Shown here: positions 51,200-63,200 of the stretch, piece by piece
Numbering within the stretch: the stretch's first letter is position 1
Layout of the letters: the number at the start of each line of letters is the position of its first letter
DNA from: Marsupella aquatica
Taxonomy: Eukaryota > Plantae > Marchantiophyta
Direction: 5' to 3'
Assembly: GCA_973895155.1 (NCBI GenBank)
Contig: OZ316895.1
Coordinates: forward strand, 24,681,538-24,745,537
DNA length: 64,000 nucleotides
The notes under the pieces: generated by a model
What the model was told of the DNA's origin: nothing
Databases searched by the model: none
The model's input: only the letters and a program-made list of their open reading frames with translations
Position numbers and translations under genes: made by a program

Positions 51200-54100
51200 A
51201 TGGAGGTATTCTCCTGTCACGCGATTGACATGGGTCTTAACACCAAAGACGTCACTATGGGTGCCAAAACCATCTCCTTGTACCTGAGGATCACGAAGGG
51301 ATGCTGTGAAGGCCGGTAAACACCAATTTATGCCCTTAACACCAGAATATCATAACAAGACTCCGTCACACATCACCCAAGCTCAATCCCTAAGAACCAA
51401 GGTTGGGAATCAGATCCGAGCTCATGATAGTTCTGGTGAGAAGGAGTCTTCATATCGGGCCCGTACACACAGGGCCTAGCGCTACGGTGCGCATAGGTCT
51501 ATACGTATGCTTACTGTCATAGGTATGTTTCTATTCCGCCGCCGGAATGTACCCATAAACCAGTGACTCTTGACTGATTCCCGGCTTAGGGACTTCTAAG
51601 CCATTGCCCCACCACTCTGCCATTCCACTCTCAGCAATCAGAGCTATGACAGTCCTCACCCAGCCCGCTTCAATGCACCCTGTACACCTCTCAGTGGCGC
51701 TGCTAGTCCCATCATACACTTAGATTGCCTCACACACACACACATCCATGAGAGAAATGAGGCCTGAGAGGAAAACTCAATTAGATTCAACGATGTGCAC
51801 AATAGTTCACTGAGAACACTTGATCCGAACAATAGGCCCGAAGGCTGTCTACTCCAGATTGCAGCGTGCTTGCCCCGCAAGCCCCATGCTTGCCATGCAA
51901 GCTCAATCCTGAACCTAAGCCCGGCTCACTCCAGATTGCGACTGCATATTGGACTCAAACCAATCCCGTACTTGCCTTGCAAACTCAATCCTGAACTCAA
52001 CCTCCTTCATTGCACTTCATTCTTGGGGGCACATACAGATCTCACACCTCCAATTCAGAACGTCAAGTTACGCATACATAGTTGACTCGACTTCAAAGCT
52101 GGTACCAGGCCTAACGGCGATCTACCCCAGACTGCAATGAGGCCCGGCCTCACGCTTGCCCTGCAAGCTCCGCTCTGGCCATAGATCCCTTAGTGCTCTC
52201 CACCAGACAAAGGCCGGGACTCCCCATGGATCACGTAGCCTTGCCAGACTGAACAGTAAATGCTCCTCCTGCTGCCCCTCAATCAGTGTCTCAGCCTCCC
52301 TAATGTGCTCACCACAAATCAAATTGACATCCTCCCCACAGTTTACAATCACCAATACATCACCTATCACCAAGGCTCTGTATCGAGAGAAAAGAACCCA
52401 GTTGTGCTACTCACTAGAAAGAGCCACAATCCAGCTCGCAAACCTAGCAACCCGTTGCTGTGAAGCTTGGCTGATTACTCCCTGAGTAATAGCACAACCA
52501 AGCTCTCCCCCAACACGCAGCGTCCAAGTCCAGCCTTGCTTGCACAGAGCTCCTCCCTGCTGCTCAGTCTAAGTGAGATCACACAACTGAAGTCCCCCCC
52601 CCATCTCTACCGGGGGGCTGCTCTATATACTCTCATACTGAGCCCAAATGGCTGGGTACTACGCTGCTGGAGCCCCATCCCAGCCCTAACAGAGTCGCCA
52701 CTATCTCTAACTACTGAACCCTAACTCGCAGCTTTATTTCTATCTCGAATTGGCTATGTACTTCGGATTTGGCCCTCCTCCATGGTTTTCGCGAGCTTAC
52801 GCCTCCTCTCCCGATTTCTGTATTCAACCATTTGCTGCGTGGATAGCAGCGTTGGAAGCGGCTTGAGCTCCTCTTTCCAACGAGGTCAATTATAGCCCAT
52901 TTGGTCAAATACACAGAGAGTTATGCCCCCGCAACCGAGAGGGGGTACTCACTGCTGCGCTAACCCGAGTTACATAGCTAACCCGAGTTCGGCTAACCTA
53001 GCTATCCTATCTAACCCGAGTAGAGCTAACCCGTGGTCTCGGGTTAGGCCGCTACCCGCTATCCGCTAACCTAGCCTAAGCTGAGCCCGAACCCGAGCTT
53101 ACCTATGCTAACCTGAGCCCGAGTTTAGGCTAACCCGAGTTCAATCTAATCCGAACCTAGGTTAAGCCTAAGCTGAAGCTGTGCTGACCTAAGCTAAGCT
53201 GAAGCCGTGCTCACCTGAGCTAAGCTGAAGCCGTGCTCACATAAGCTAAGCCGTGGTCGAGCTTGGGTTAACCCGAAACTGAAGCCGAATCCGCTAATTC
53301 CGGCCATAAGTTAACCCGTCACACTAATCAGGCCGTATCTCTCTTAATACACCTCCGTTTCCCGAGTGTTTTATATCGATTTTACTCGCCTTGACCAGAT
53401 CTTTCCAATGCTCTTTACAGATCCGAATTTGGTGACATATTGAAAGAGATATGGTCGTCGACCACCCGCGATATAGTTTTTATTTCCCTACTCTTAACGC
53501 CATGATTGCCCTTATTCTTGCCATCTTGCTAATTGTTATGTAATATCAATAGCTACTCCTTGCATATAGCAACCTACTTAATCAGATTACAAAATAAGGA
53601 CCATGTCATTGGCGTCACATCTCCTCTTCATCCAGAGGGTATAGTGTTGTTCCTGACCAAGAGCGAGCTTATTTTGAATCCTCGTAGTCTTCGTTTACTG
53701 GTTCAGTTTATACACGTCGTGTAACTCGTTCCACAAAGTTGTTGCCTCCTACTTCTGTTAGCGCTGTTTTGGTTCCTAAATCTCTGGGTAGAAAGATGGA
53801 GAACCTCGACACGATTGCGATCCAAGATGTTTCGGACTGCGCACTCGCAGAGACTGATCTCATCTCAAAACATGTCATGTGTTTTGGAAAGGATTCTCGT
53901 GGATTTGACAAGGAGCCGCCTTGAATCCCTCTATGCCGATTGGTTCATATGGAGGTGGTTCGTACTTTGCAGAAAGATAGCTCTTCCATCGAGAAGCTAA
54001 AAGACTCATTTCGCAGTATGGGTTACAATTCATCCATAGGAATGCGTTTCTATGTGCAGCCAACGGATGAGAATGGAATTGTTCTGACCTGTACCCAGGA

Positions 54101-57100
54101 AATTCGTGAGTCATGGGATCCAATTTGGCAATTGGAGAACGAGAAGTTTGAGGCTGAATGCAAGGCTGATCCAGATTTTCTCGTGTTGAAGGATAAGATG
54201 TTCTCTGTCTTCGATGGAAATCACAGGCTGTACTCATGGACGCTTGTTACCGAGGAGAACCCTGACAATCCAAAATACCATCCTTGAGTGCTCTGCACAA
54301 TATTTAAGGGAGACAAGGGATCTCTTATTGAAATTGAGGCAGCTATGCACACCGTGAATCAGTAAGTTCTCATTCTTTTCCGGTACCTTCTTTGAATCTT
54401 GCGAGTGTTCTATTTAAGAGCGCTTGGCGCTGGTTATAGATAAATTGTACTTTGACTCTAACTCGCTGCATCTCTTCGTGTAGGCTTGGCCAAGCAGTTG
54501 TTGAGCCATCTTGGATTCTCGATGCAGATAGAATCAAACTAATTATGGCGCATGACCTTGAGTATTACAGTAAACTGATTGACCCGTCTAATTTCAAGAA
54601 GTTTGAGAGCATTCGGCTAAAGACTCGGAAGGGGTCATGGTATACAAAGAAGATGCCACAGGAAGCTCTTGTTTACATTCTATGTGAGAATAAGATAAAG
54701 TCCTATTCTCACCAATTCAAGCTTGACATGGAGGCAGCTGAGGCTCAAGGGAGTCCCTGGTCGGTGGACAAGATTTCCAAACGCCATGCGGCCATGATGA
54801 AGGACGCAACCAAAGACTGGGCAGTGAAGTCATCAAAAATTACGCCCTTGTTAAGTCCTGAATTTGAAGATTTTCTTAGTACATGTGCAAAAATGTATGC
54901 TGTCACAGAGAGAAACAAGAGAGAGAAGAAGCCTGACGACGTCGTATGTACAATGGACCGCGCCCGATTGTTCACTGCTGTTTCTGCCCTAGACCCAAAG
55001 TTGCGGAGCATCCTACTTATGGCACATTGCAATCCTGAGCTGCGGAGACAGTTTTTCCACCCGGCAAGTGTTAACGACGACCCAGTCAAACAATGGTGTC
55101 ATACTTGGATCACTTGGAATAGTGTAGAGGGAATTGTTGTCGGCATGTTACATTCATGTGTGCGTGAAGTAGAGCAAACTATGCCCGCCACTAGATTGGA
55201 AGAGTGGAATTGTGGTTCGTTTGATGATCTTGTTCAGTTTGTTACAAATGAATTCAAGAGATATGGTGATTCTATGAAGAGTAAGTTCTTTCACACTATG
55301 TGGCCTTCAAAGTATCCAGACAAAGAAGACTATACCCAGAAAAACCAGAAGCAGGCTAAAAGGTATCTTTACAGGTTCTACATGCACATGGAGGTAACCA
55401 AACCTGATTACTTCTGGGCATATCCTGCAGCTTTCATGAAGTGGATTACAATAAGTGAGGATGATGCCATAGCTGATTTGTACTCCATGTACCCAGCAGA
55501 GGGCATATTTCCTCCAAGACCTATGACAGAATGGGAGAGAACTCACTGCCCCTAGTATCTAGATACAGATAGATGGGATTCTCCTTTTGATCAAAGGGAG
55601 AAAGATGCATTCCATAAGCTTTCAAAGTCCCACATACCAGCAAAAATTGTGTCCGACATGAAGCAGAGCCTGCTAGACAATGTAGACAAGTCTGCCACTG
55701 ACTTGCAAAGTATCTGTGAAACGACTATTGTTCATGTGGACCGAAGTCGCAAACCTCGAGCGAAAGCAAAAGCGGAGTTAGCAGAAACAAGCGAGTCAAC
55801 AAAATCTGGGAGGAAAAGTGAGTATAGTGTTCCCTAGTATGGCCAGCGCCTGGCGCTGGCTTGAATTATCATGCGAATTCACATTTCTTTCTACATTCTT
55901 AGGCCTTTGTTGTAACCTAAGTGATTTGCATTTGGTTAGCGCCTGGCGCTAGCTTGTTTGAATACTCAGGATTTACTTGTTCTAACTAGGACCTATTGGT
56001 AATTTAGGAGGAAGTCTAATACTGCGGGAACAAGAGATACTAAAGTGGATGCTACACCTGAAGTTTCTGAGGCAAACACCGGAGCTTGATCGGACCCCAT
56101 TACTCCTGTCGACAAGGGGAAGGTAATAGTTCCGGTTGACGCCACAAGTACCAGGAAGAAACGAAAGAGAGCTATCAAAGGTGGACCTTCTTCAAGGGAG
56201 AGTGTTGCAGCATCTGGTGTCCAACGTGAAGTTGGAAACTTCAAAACTAGAGTGTCTTGTCATGCCATGGTTGAGACAAGCATATCCGAATTTTTGACTC
56301 GACTTTCAACAAGGGGGAAAAACCTGAATGGGTTAGTAATGTGGAGAAGTGGGGGAAGGATCTCGTTAAGTCGGGATATAAAGAGAAGGGTGTTGTGCGG
56401 GGAGGAAAAGAAAGATCATTTGGAGTGGATGCGGGTTTCATTTACCTACCAACCGGGTTCAAACCAACGATCATAGATAAGAAGGTTCCTAAATGGAACA
56501 CTCCAGATCAGTCCATGGCTAGATCTTTTTTCAAGTCCATGGATCCATTTCTATCAGATGATGGATTCCTTGCAATTCTACACAATGGGGAGTATGATCC
56601 CATGTCTCAAGTCATTGCTGCCTGTCAGGAATCGAGAAAATTTCAGTGCATATGCACGCATAATGTTGTAATGTCTGTCCCGATGTACGCGGCAAAGACA
56701 GACCGTCAGGTAATCATGTACTCTTAACTATGTTGCATTTTGAAGTATAACTTGTTTAACCTGGAGTTGCCAACTAACACTTGGGATTGCTTTCCGCAGA
56801 TGTTTACCCTCAGGCTGGACATATTTGGTTGAATTAATGGGAAATGCAAAATTCCCAAAGACCCTAAATTCCGTCCACTCTCCATCAGTGAGGACCCCTC
56901 GGTCACCAATTTGATCGGAGTCCCTTCTCTCAAATCCGATCCATTCCCGCAAATGGCGTTTTCTGGAAATGCTCGCCTGTCTGTTGGGTTTATGCAATCT
57001 GTCATTGAGCTTGTCACCCGACCTCATCATATTTTTATGGATTGGACCGCAGGGGCTGGAAGCTCCTTCATTGCTAGAGACTTCTCCAGGAGGTTTGTGC

Positions 57101-57788
57101 TCGGGATAGAACATAGAAAAGAATTTATTGAAACCACTTCGAAGATTTTCATGGATTTGTTGTCTCCCAAAGAGATTGCACTTTTACCTCCACCTATGCC
57201 TATTGCCGACAGAAAGAAGCGAGATAAGCTTTGGTCGGTACTCAATTTTGATTCTGATGATGAGTCCAGTGAAGGTGGAGATGGAGAGGAACAAGGTACA
57301 GGGGACTCGGAGGAGGAAAAGGAAGAACCTTGTCGATCTCCTGATGAAACCGATAGTGATGACTCTTCCGAGTAATGTTCATAAACTCGTAAGCTTCTTT
57401 CTCCATTCCCGTCAATTTATAACATTGATGTGTTGTTTTGGAGAAAGGCACCTAACTTCCTGGATTTTGTTTGATCAGGTCAGAGTGGAATGCAAGGAGA
57501 CGTTTGAAACTGCGAAGGAGGGTTGCTAGACACAACATAGAAACACCAGAAAAACCTTTTGTTCTTCCCTCCTATGTAGAGAAAGCCGCAAGGAAAACCG
57601 AGAGCACAAGGACGCTTTGCTGGGAAAACAAAGGTCTTCGGTTACGAAGGGGTGTTGGCAGGAAGTTCATTAAACATCCTTATGTTGATGACTTCTCCCA
57701 CAGCCAGTACGTAGATGATGAGGTTGTGTCCACGGACAAATCCGAGAGTACAGATTCTGGTTCCGAATCAGAATCTGTAGAATTGTGA
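51200..57788 (+). pseudogene. Element-borne spliced gene: ParB/Srx-like N-terminal domain plus C-terminal beta-class (N4C/N6A) DNA methyltransferase-like domain; disrupted
   Basis: The ATG at 51200 continues in frame across the solo LTR into 53625. Motifs IPLCRL...VFDGNHRL (54213); VDAGFIYLPTG...PKWN (56443); VIELVTRPHHIFMDWTAGAGSSFIA...RFVLGIE (57040). Introns ~54362-54483, ~55818-56007 (phase unresolved), 56710-56799, 57372-57478. Stops at 53685, 53922, 54285, 55553, 56087, 56830. Confidence 0.75.
51215..53619. mobile_element. 2,405-bp solo LTR with 5-bp TSD TCTCC, inserted in exon 1 of the ParB-MTase gene
   Basis: TGTCACGC...GCGTCACA termini. TCTCC at 51210-51214 and 53620-53624. No gag/pol coding. 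Internal gctaacccgag repeats. Confidence 0.9.
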
Positions 57789-59456
57789 CATGTATTGAGG
57801 AATTTAGGGAGTAATTTTTTACTAGCGCTTGGCGCTATTGTCTTCCCCCGAACACAAGCCCCGGGCACTATATTCGAATAGTGAGCCAAGGGGCGCTCTA
57901 TTCGAATATAGCGCCCAGGGCGTTGTGTTTGAGTTTGAAGTCAATTATTTTATTTTTTGGACTTGTGGCGTTGTGTTCGAATTGTGGCGTTGTGTTCAAA
58001 TTTAAGGTAATGTGCTTGAATTTTGGCTTTGTGAGATGCATGTAGGGTGTAAGTAGGAATGATAGACATAGAAGTTATGTGTATTAGAGAGGAGTGTGTT
58101 CAAGTTTAGGTTTTTTGACTTCCCAACAATATTTGCTCAGGTCAAAGGATGTGTAGCTAAATAATTGAACCACTGAAATTACACAAGGGGAGAAATCAAA
58201 TTTCAATAGTAAACAAAACCTGACAAACCATACGTACCAAGTGTACTATTATCATTTAGTAAAACATATTCGTCCACTTTTCACAGTTGTTTGGTTTACT
58301 GTGGCCAATTTGCTCGTTTCTATTATTTAATCTTTTATCATGCAGCCTGGAATGTTTGTGAGACTGCTTTGTTTCTATTGGAGTGCCTTGATCTTGAGGG
58401 CAATGGAAAATTGAAAATAGAGAAAGTGAGTCATCAGACCTAATTATGCACATAGGCACTATGGGTTTCTTTGACAAGACGTCGTGGCGTCAGTCAGAGG
58501 TTGATGTGAAAGTCCGTTGAAAGTTCACAAGCACAAGAATATATTGATACTTTCGGATTGCTGCTTAATATTTTGGAAAGAGCACACACTTCTCTGAGAA
58601 TGAAGTATTTTGAAATTAGCTTACATTTCTCAAAGGACGATGGATTTCGCAAGTTAAAAGTGCGGATGAGTCGGACGATTTTAAGTAACGTATTGTAGTT
58701 GCAACCCAGTTACCTTTCTCCTATAGTCACTTGTGCATTTTCAAACACAAAGTCAATTTCGAACACAACGCCCGGGCGCTGTGTTAATATGGCGCTGTGT
58801 TTGAGTGAAAACATTTTTTTTGCCTAAAGTCCCTGTTTTGACCATATTCAAACACAACGCCCGGGCGCTGTGTTCGGGGGAAGACAATAGTACCAACTTG
58901 TATTCAAATCCTCTCATTGAGTCCTTATAAATTAATGCCTCATTCCTTGTGTTTTTTACAAGCGCCAGACGCACGCCAAATGGTGATTCATAAAGTGAAT
59001 ATTTCCGGCTCTTATTTGTTTAACATGGCCGTTTGGTCTTTGTCGTGTCCTACCAACGGTCATCAGAATGAGACAAATAGTAGTCAATACATAGTATAAT
59101 ATACGTTTGGGATACCAACGGCCATTTCATTTAGGTCCGTTATTTTTCCAAAGAAACCCACATCGGCTGTATTCAGATGACATTTTTGGATCTCTAGGAT
59201 GACATTCGGATCTCTTGTTGACAACTTTTTTGCACGACATTTTTGGATCTCTTGTTGATGGCATCTCTCTCAGACAACATTTTAGGATCTCTTTTTGACG
59301 ATAATTTTCAAGGACGACACTTGTCACGGACGACAAGTTTTTGGACAGGCGACTGTTTTGAGACCGACACCCGTTTTCGGCCCCTTTGCGGACTTTTTGC
59401 GTACATTTTTTGCATTTTTTAGAGGGGAAGTTGCCACTAGATTGGATTTATTAAAC

Positions 59457-60250
59457 ATGGAGAGAAACGGTAAGCTCATGGATTGGGAGGCAGCGTTCCT
59501 CCCTTCTCGTGTGCGTCCGGAAGAGAGCCATTTCAGTTCTTTTGAGTCACGGATGGATACTGAAGAGACTGAAACCTCTACTTTCCTAAACCGTCACGCT
59601 CTACCGTATGATGAGACTATTAGTCCTGGAGAAAAGAACATCCCGTGGATCGTCGATTCTCCACCGCTCCCATTCGCAAGCAGGTTCTCGTCTCATGAGG
59701 TTGTTCCTGTTGATGGTGTACTGCCAATCGATAGGAGAGTTCAAGAAATGTTTGGGCGAGTTGACTTTAAGGACAGTAACATTCCCAATGAAACTTATAC
59801 GAGGGCAGTGCGTCGGGGTCCTTTTGAGAGATACATTCGATTGCGTGGTCTTGGATTTAAGAAAAATTGGAGGAGAGAAGCGGCTGGAGTGGAGGATGAT
59901 TGCAACTCTGAAAGCTAGATGCAATCACTTATTTGTTGTTCCTCCCGTTTTTCACAAAGAACGGCATCGCATTGTTCAATTTGGTGATCACTTTAAGCTA
60001 GCACCGAGCGTTGCTTAAGCTCTTTCGATGTTTCAGGATGGAGTCACCCTCGGCTTAGTTTTTAGGGTTTTCCCCGGATGTTGTCTTCAGGAATTCCATA
60101 GTTTTTCCTGCAGTTGTTGGCTGGCGCCCAGCGCTGCTTTTGTTTTACTGGAAATCCTCAGCCGGGGTCGACCGTGGCTTCTGTATATCAGATTTCTAGG
60201 CCTGCAGGTTTTAACTTATATGTGCGTTTTTTGGACCTGCGCCGAACGCG
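59457..60250 (+). pseudogene. Third ORF of the large MULE, unknown function, frameshifted
   Basis: ATG 59457 opens 153 codons (MERNGKLMDWEAAFLP...). After an apparent frameshift at the A-run near 59862, a protein-like frame continues (KIGGEKRLEWRMIATLKARCNHLFVVPP...*ALSMFQDG...GCCLQEFHSFSCSCW). 3' end uncertain. Confidence 0.5.
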
Positions 60251-63200
60251 TTATGTACTTTGCGATTATATATGGCAGTTTTATTTTTCCCCTACGCATT
60301 TTGACATATATTGGTCTCGGATTTTGTTTATCTCAATTGTTAGACGATTTTATTTGTTGTAAAATACATGATTCCGTCTAGTCCAATTTCCTTTCACGCG
60401 AATTTGATCGTCTTAATTTCTATACCAATAGTTTGAAACACATATTTCGTCCACTTTTTTCATGATCATTGTTCACTGCTACCCAAACATTGTTCATTGG
60501 TAACAGTTTCTTTTTGCTGATAATAGTAACTGTTTGCTGTTACTGTTATTTGTTTGCTGTCGTTTGTAAATTCCCCTCTTGCACCCTAAACCCAACACTC
60601 CTAACAATGGAGACAACACACATAATAGATTTGAGGGACGTCTGTCTCCTGCACCTTCTCTATGTCATGGATCGTCTATCAAACACTCTCCCCCTTCAGT
60701 GACATAATATACAGTTTCTAAAGATTCGCAACTAGTTTCCTGCTAAAGACTACACAGTGTTACTATGCTTGAGAGACAGTTGGCTCGTCTTGATGCTTTC
60801 CACTGGATAATTTGAGAGCCAACGAGAGAAAAAGTTGTCCAGATTGACAGCACATTTCAAGATTTGTTTGTGTAACGTTACAATGTTGGGTCAAAATGGT
60901 ACTCCGTACACATATAAGCAAAGTCTATCTACCCATGAATCCTATGCCTTATTCTCTCACAAGTAAAAAACTAAGAGCTTACGTCCTTGTGATTGGAACC
61001 CAGTAAAGTATTGAGCTTCTTCCAACCCTTAGTGATAACTAAGAGCTGAGATTTTCATTCAGAGGAATCCACCTACTCTTAAATCCTCACTTATTCATCT
61101 CTCCAATCTTCATCTTCAAGCTGTTAAATTTTGTGCCCTCCCCTTAAACCACAACTTGCCCTATATAAGGGGAAGTGTCCAAGATCTCCCGCTTTTTCCA
61201 CATTTCAATCACTGTTCTCCTCTGCATGCCAATTTGGTCCACAATTTCAGGAAAAAACTCCTTTTTATGGTAACTATGGGTAACCATAAAAGTAGGTAAC
61301 TACGGGTATTGGTCTTACGGGTACCATACGGTTGTGGTTTAAGTTATCTACAGTAAGTTTGAAAGCTTAGTTACAATCCCTGATATGATTTTCTTTGTCA
61401 TCTTCAATGGACAGGCACATCCAATTTAAATGTAGAGAGATATTTCTGAGTGGTACTATTTACAGATCGGTGATTTTATCTCCAACATTTTTGTGGCTCA
61501 GGTGTCCAACAAGCATGACAACAACATTCGGGGTAAATATGTTGAGTGCATGTGATAATGCGGACGTATTTGAAGGTTGCTTCAACAAAATGAACAACAG
61601 CACCCGTCCAAAAACGAGACTCCAACCTGCCTCGTAAGCTTCTCCCTCACATGCATCATATCCTCCGGTTCTTTAATGTTTCTTCTGCACAAGGACGTCT
61701 GGTCCTTATGATGAGCTTTCTTGGTGATGAGGCACATCGCGTTATTATGGATCAGGTAGCTTTCCTTTTTGTATGTAAGTTTATCTTGGAGGCTACTAGA
61801 GAGCAACTGCTTGACCCCACCAAACAGTTGCTCGCTTGCTATGGTGATGCCAAATGTGCACGAATAAGAGTGACCCTAATCAAACCTGGTGATTTCTCTA
61901 AAAATCCTGTTACTAGACGGAGTTGGAATCTCAATGACAACCCGACTGCTGAGTCTGCCAAAAGCAAAGGCATTTACGTTAATCAAACACCCCAACGTGG
62001 GAGAGGACATGGGAATTACACTTGGCGTCCCAACACTCCTAACAATGGAGAAATCACACATAATTGATTCTAGGGACGTCCGTCTCCTGCACCTTCTCTA
62101 TGTCCTAGATTGTCTATCGGACGCTCTCCACTTCAGTGACATAATATACAATTTTTTGAAGACTCCTGATATATTAGCATCTGTTGCACATTGATCAAGA
62201 AATGTTGAAACTAAGTCAGAACTTCCATATAGAATGTTTCTTTACGTTGTTAGCAGTAGAGTACCCATTTTTACATCAATAGGTTGTGTTCCTTTGACAT
62301 CGACGGTTTTATCTATATGGATTGTTGTAATCTCCTGTCCATGCATCTTCTAAAGTTATGCTGTCAATTCATCTTTACATCAATCTAGTAGGTTGCTTAC
62401 CCACTGAATTCTCAATTCTACTGTTTTCCTTATAAGTCCCAATAAGTAAAAACTTTGGCATAATTTCTTGATTTCCGCTTGTTGCTATCCTGGTTGCTAT
62501 ATATCTAAGGATCCATTGTTGCTTTCATTTAACTTAACTAGTATTGTATGCTGGTCCAGATGACTAACAGCTTACTATATTGCCTAATGGTTGACGCACA
62601 TCACCCAAAAAAATGATCGAGCCTCACTCCACTTTATCCATCTCTTATACACCAGCCGAGCTTTTGAATGGCTACCCCTTCACAATATCTTTTCTGATTT
62701 TTTCACCATGCTTCACAACAAAGACCTGACCCCTACATTAGACTCAGTCTGTTTTGGATGGAAATATTTGGAATCTATTGCTACATTATGCTATCATCCA
62801 ACACAAGTTTTTTGTTACTTCAACATCGACACACTATTATCTACTGAAACCTTACATATGCGGATGCCACTCTAAAACGGTTCATAGAATTCCTTGATCC
62901 ACTAACAAGATCCAAAACCCAGCTACCCGAGAACGCAGACTATAGCCATGTATGCACCACCGACCTTCGGATCATTCACGACAAATTCCTATGAACTGCT
63001 CTCTCATTTGGTCTCAATCACATTCTACTTCAACCCACCAAGTTTAACAAAGTTTTCCAGGGAATTCTTCGCGGATGGATACTATTATGCTCATTTCTCA
63101 ACTTAGAAGACTCCCTCACTGACAAAGGAACACGAGTACTCCTTGACATTTGCTACAACTACTGGATGGCAGGGGCTCAATGCAACACCGGTCGACATCG

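Larger units (their letters stand above)
45801..60575. mobile_element. Large Mutator-like element (14,775 bp) with degenerate TIRs and a 9-bp TSD
   Basis: CTCTTGCAC at 45792-45800 and 60576-60584. Ends are GGGTATGATAGCCATGACAGAAAACAG... and ...CTGTTATTTGTTTGCTGTCGTTTGTAAATTCCC, with AACAG/CTGTT subterminal repeats. Contains a MULE transposase. Confidence 0.9.
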
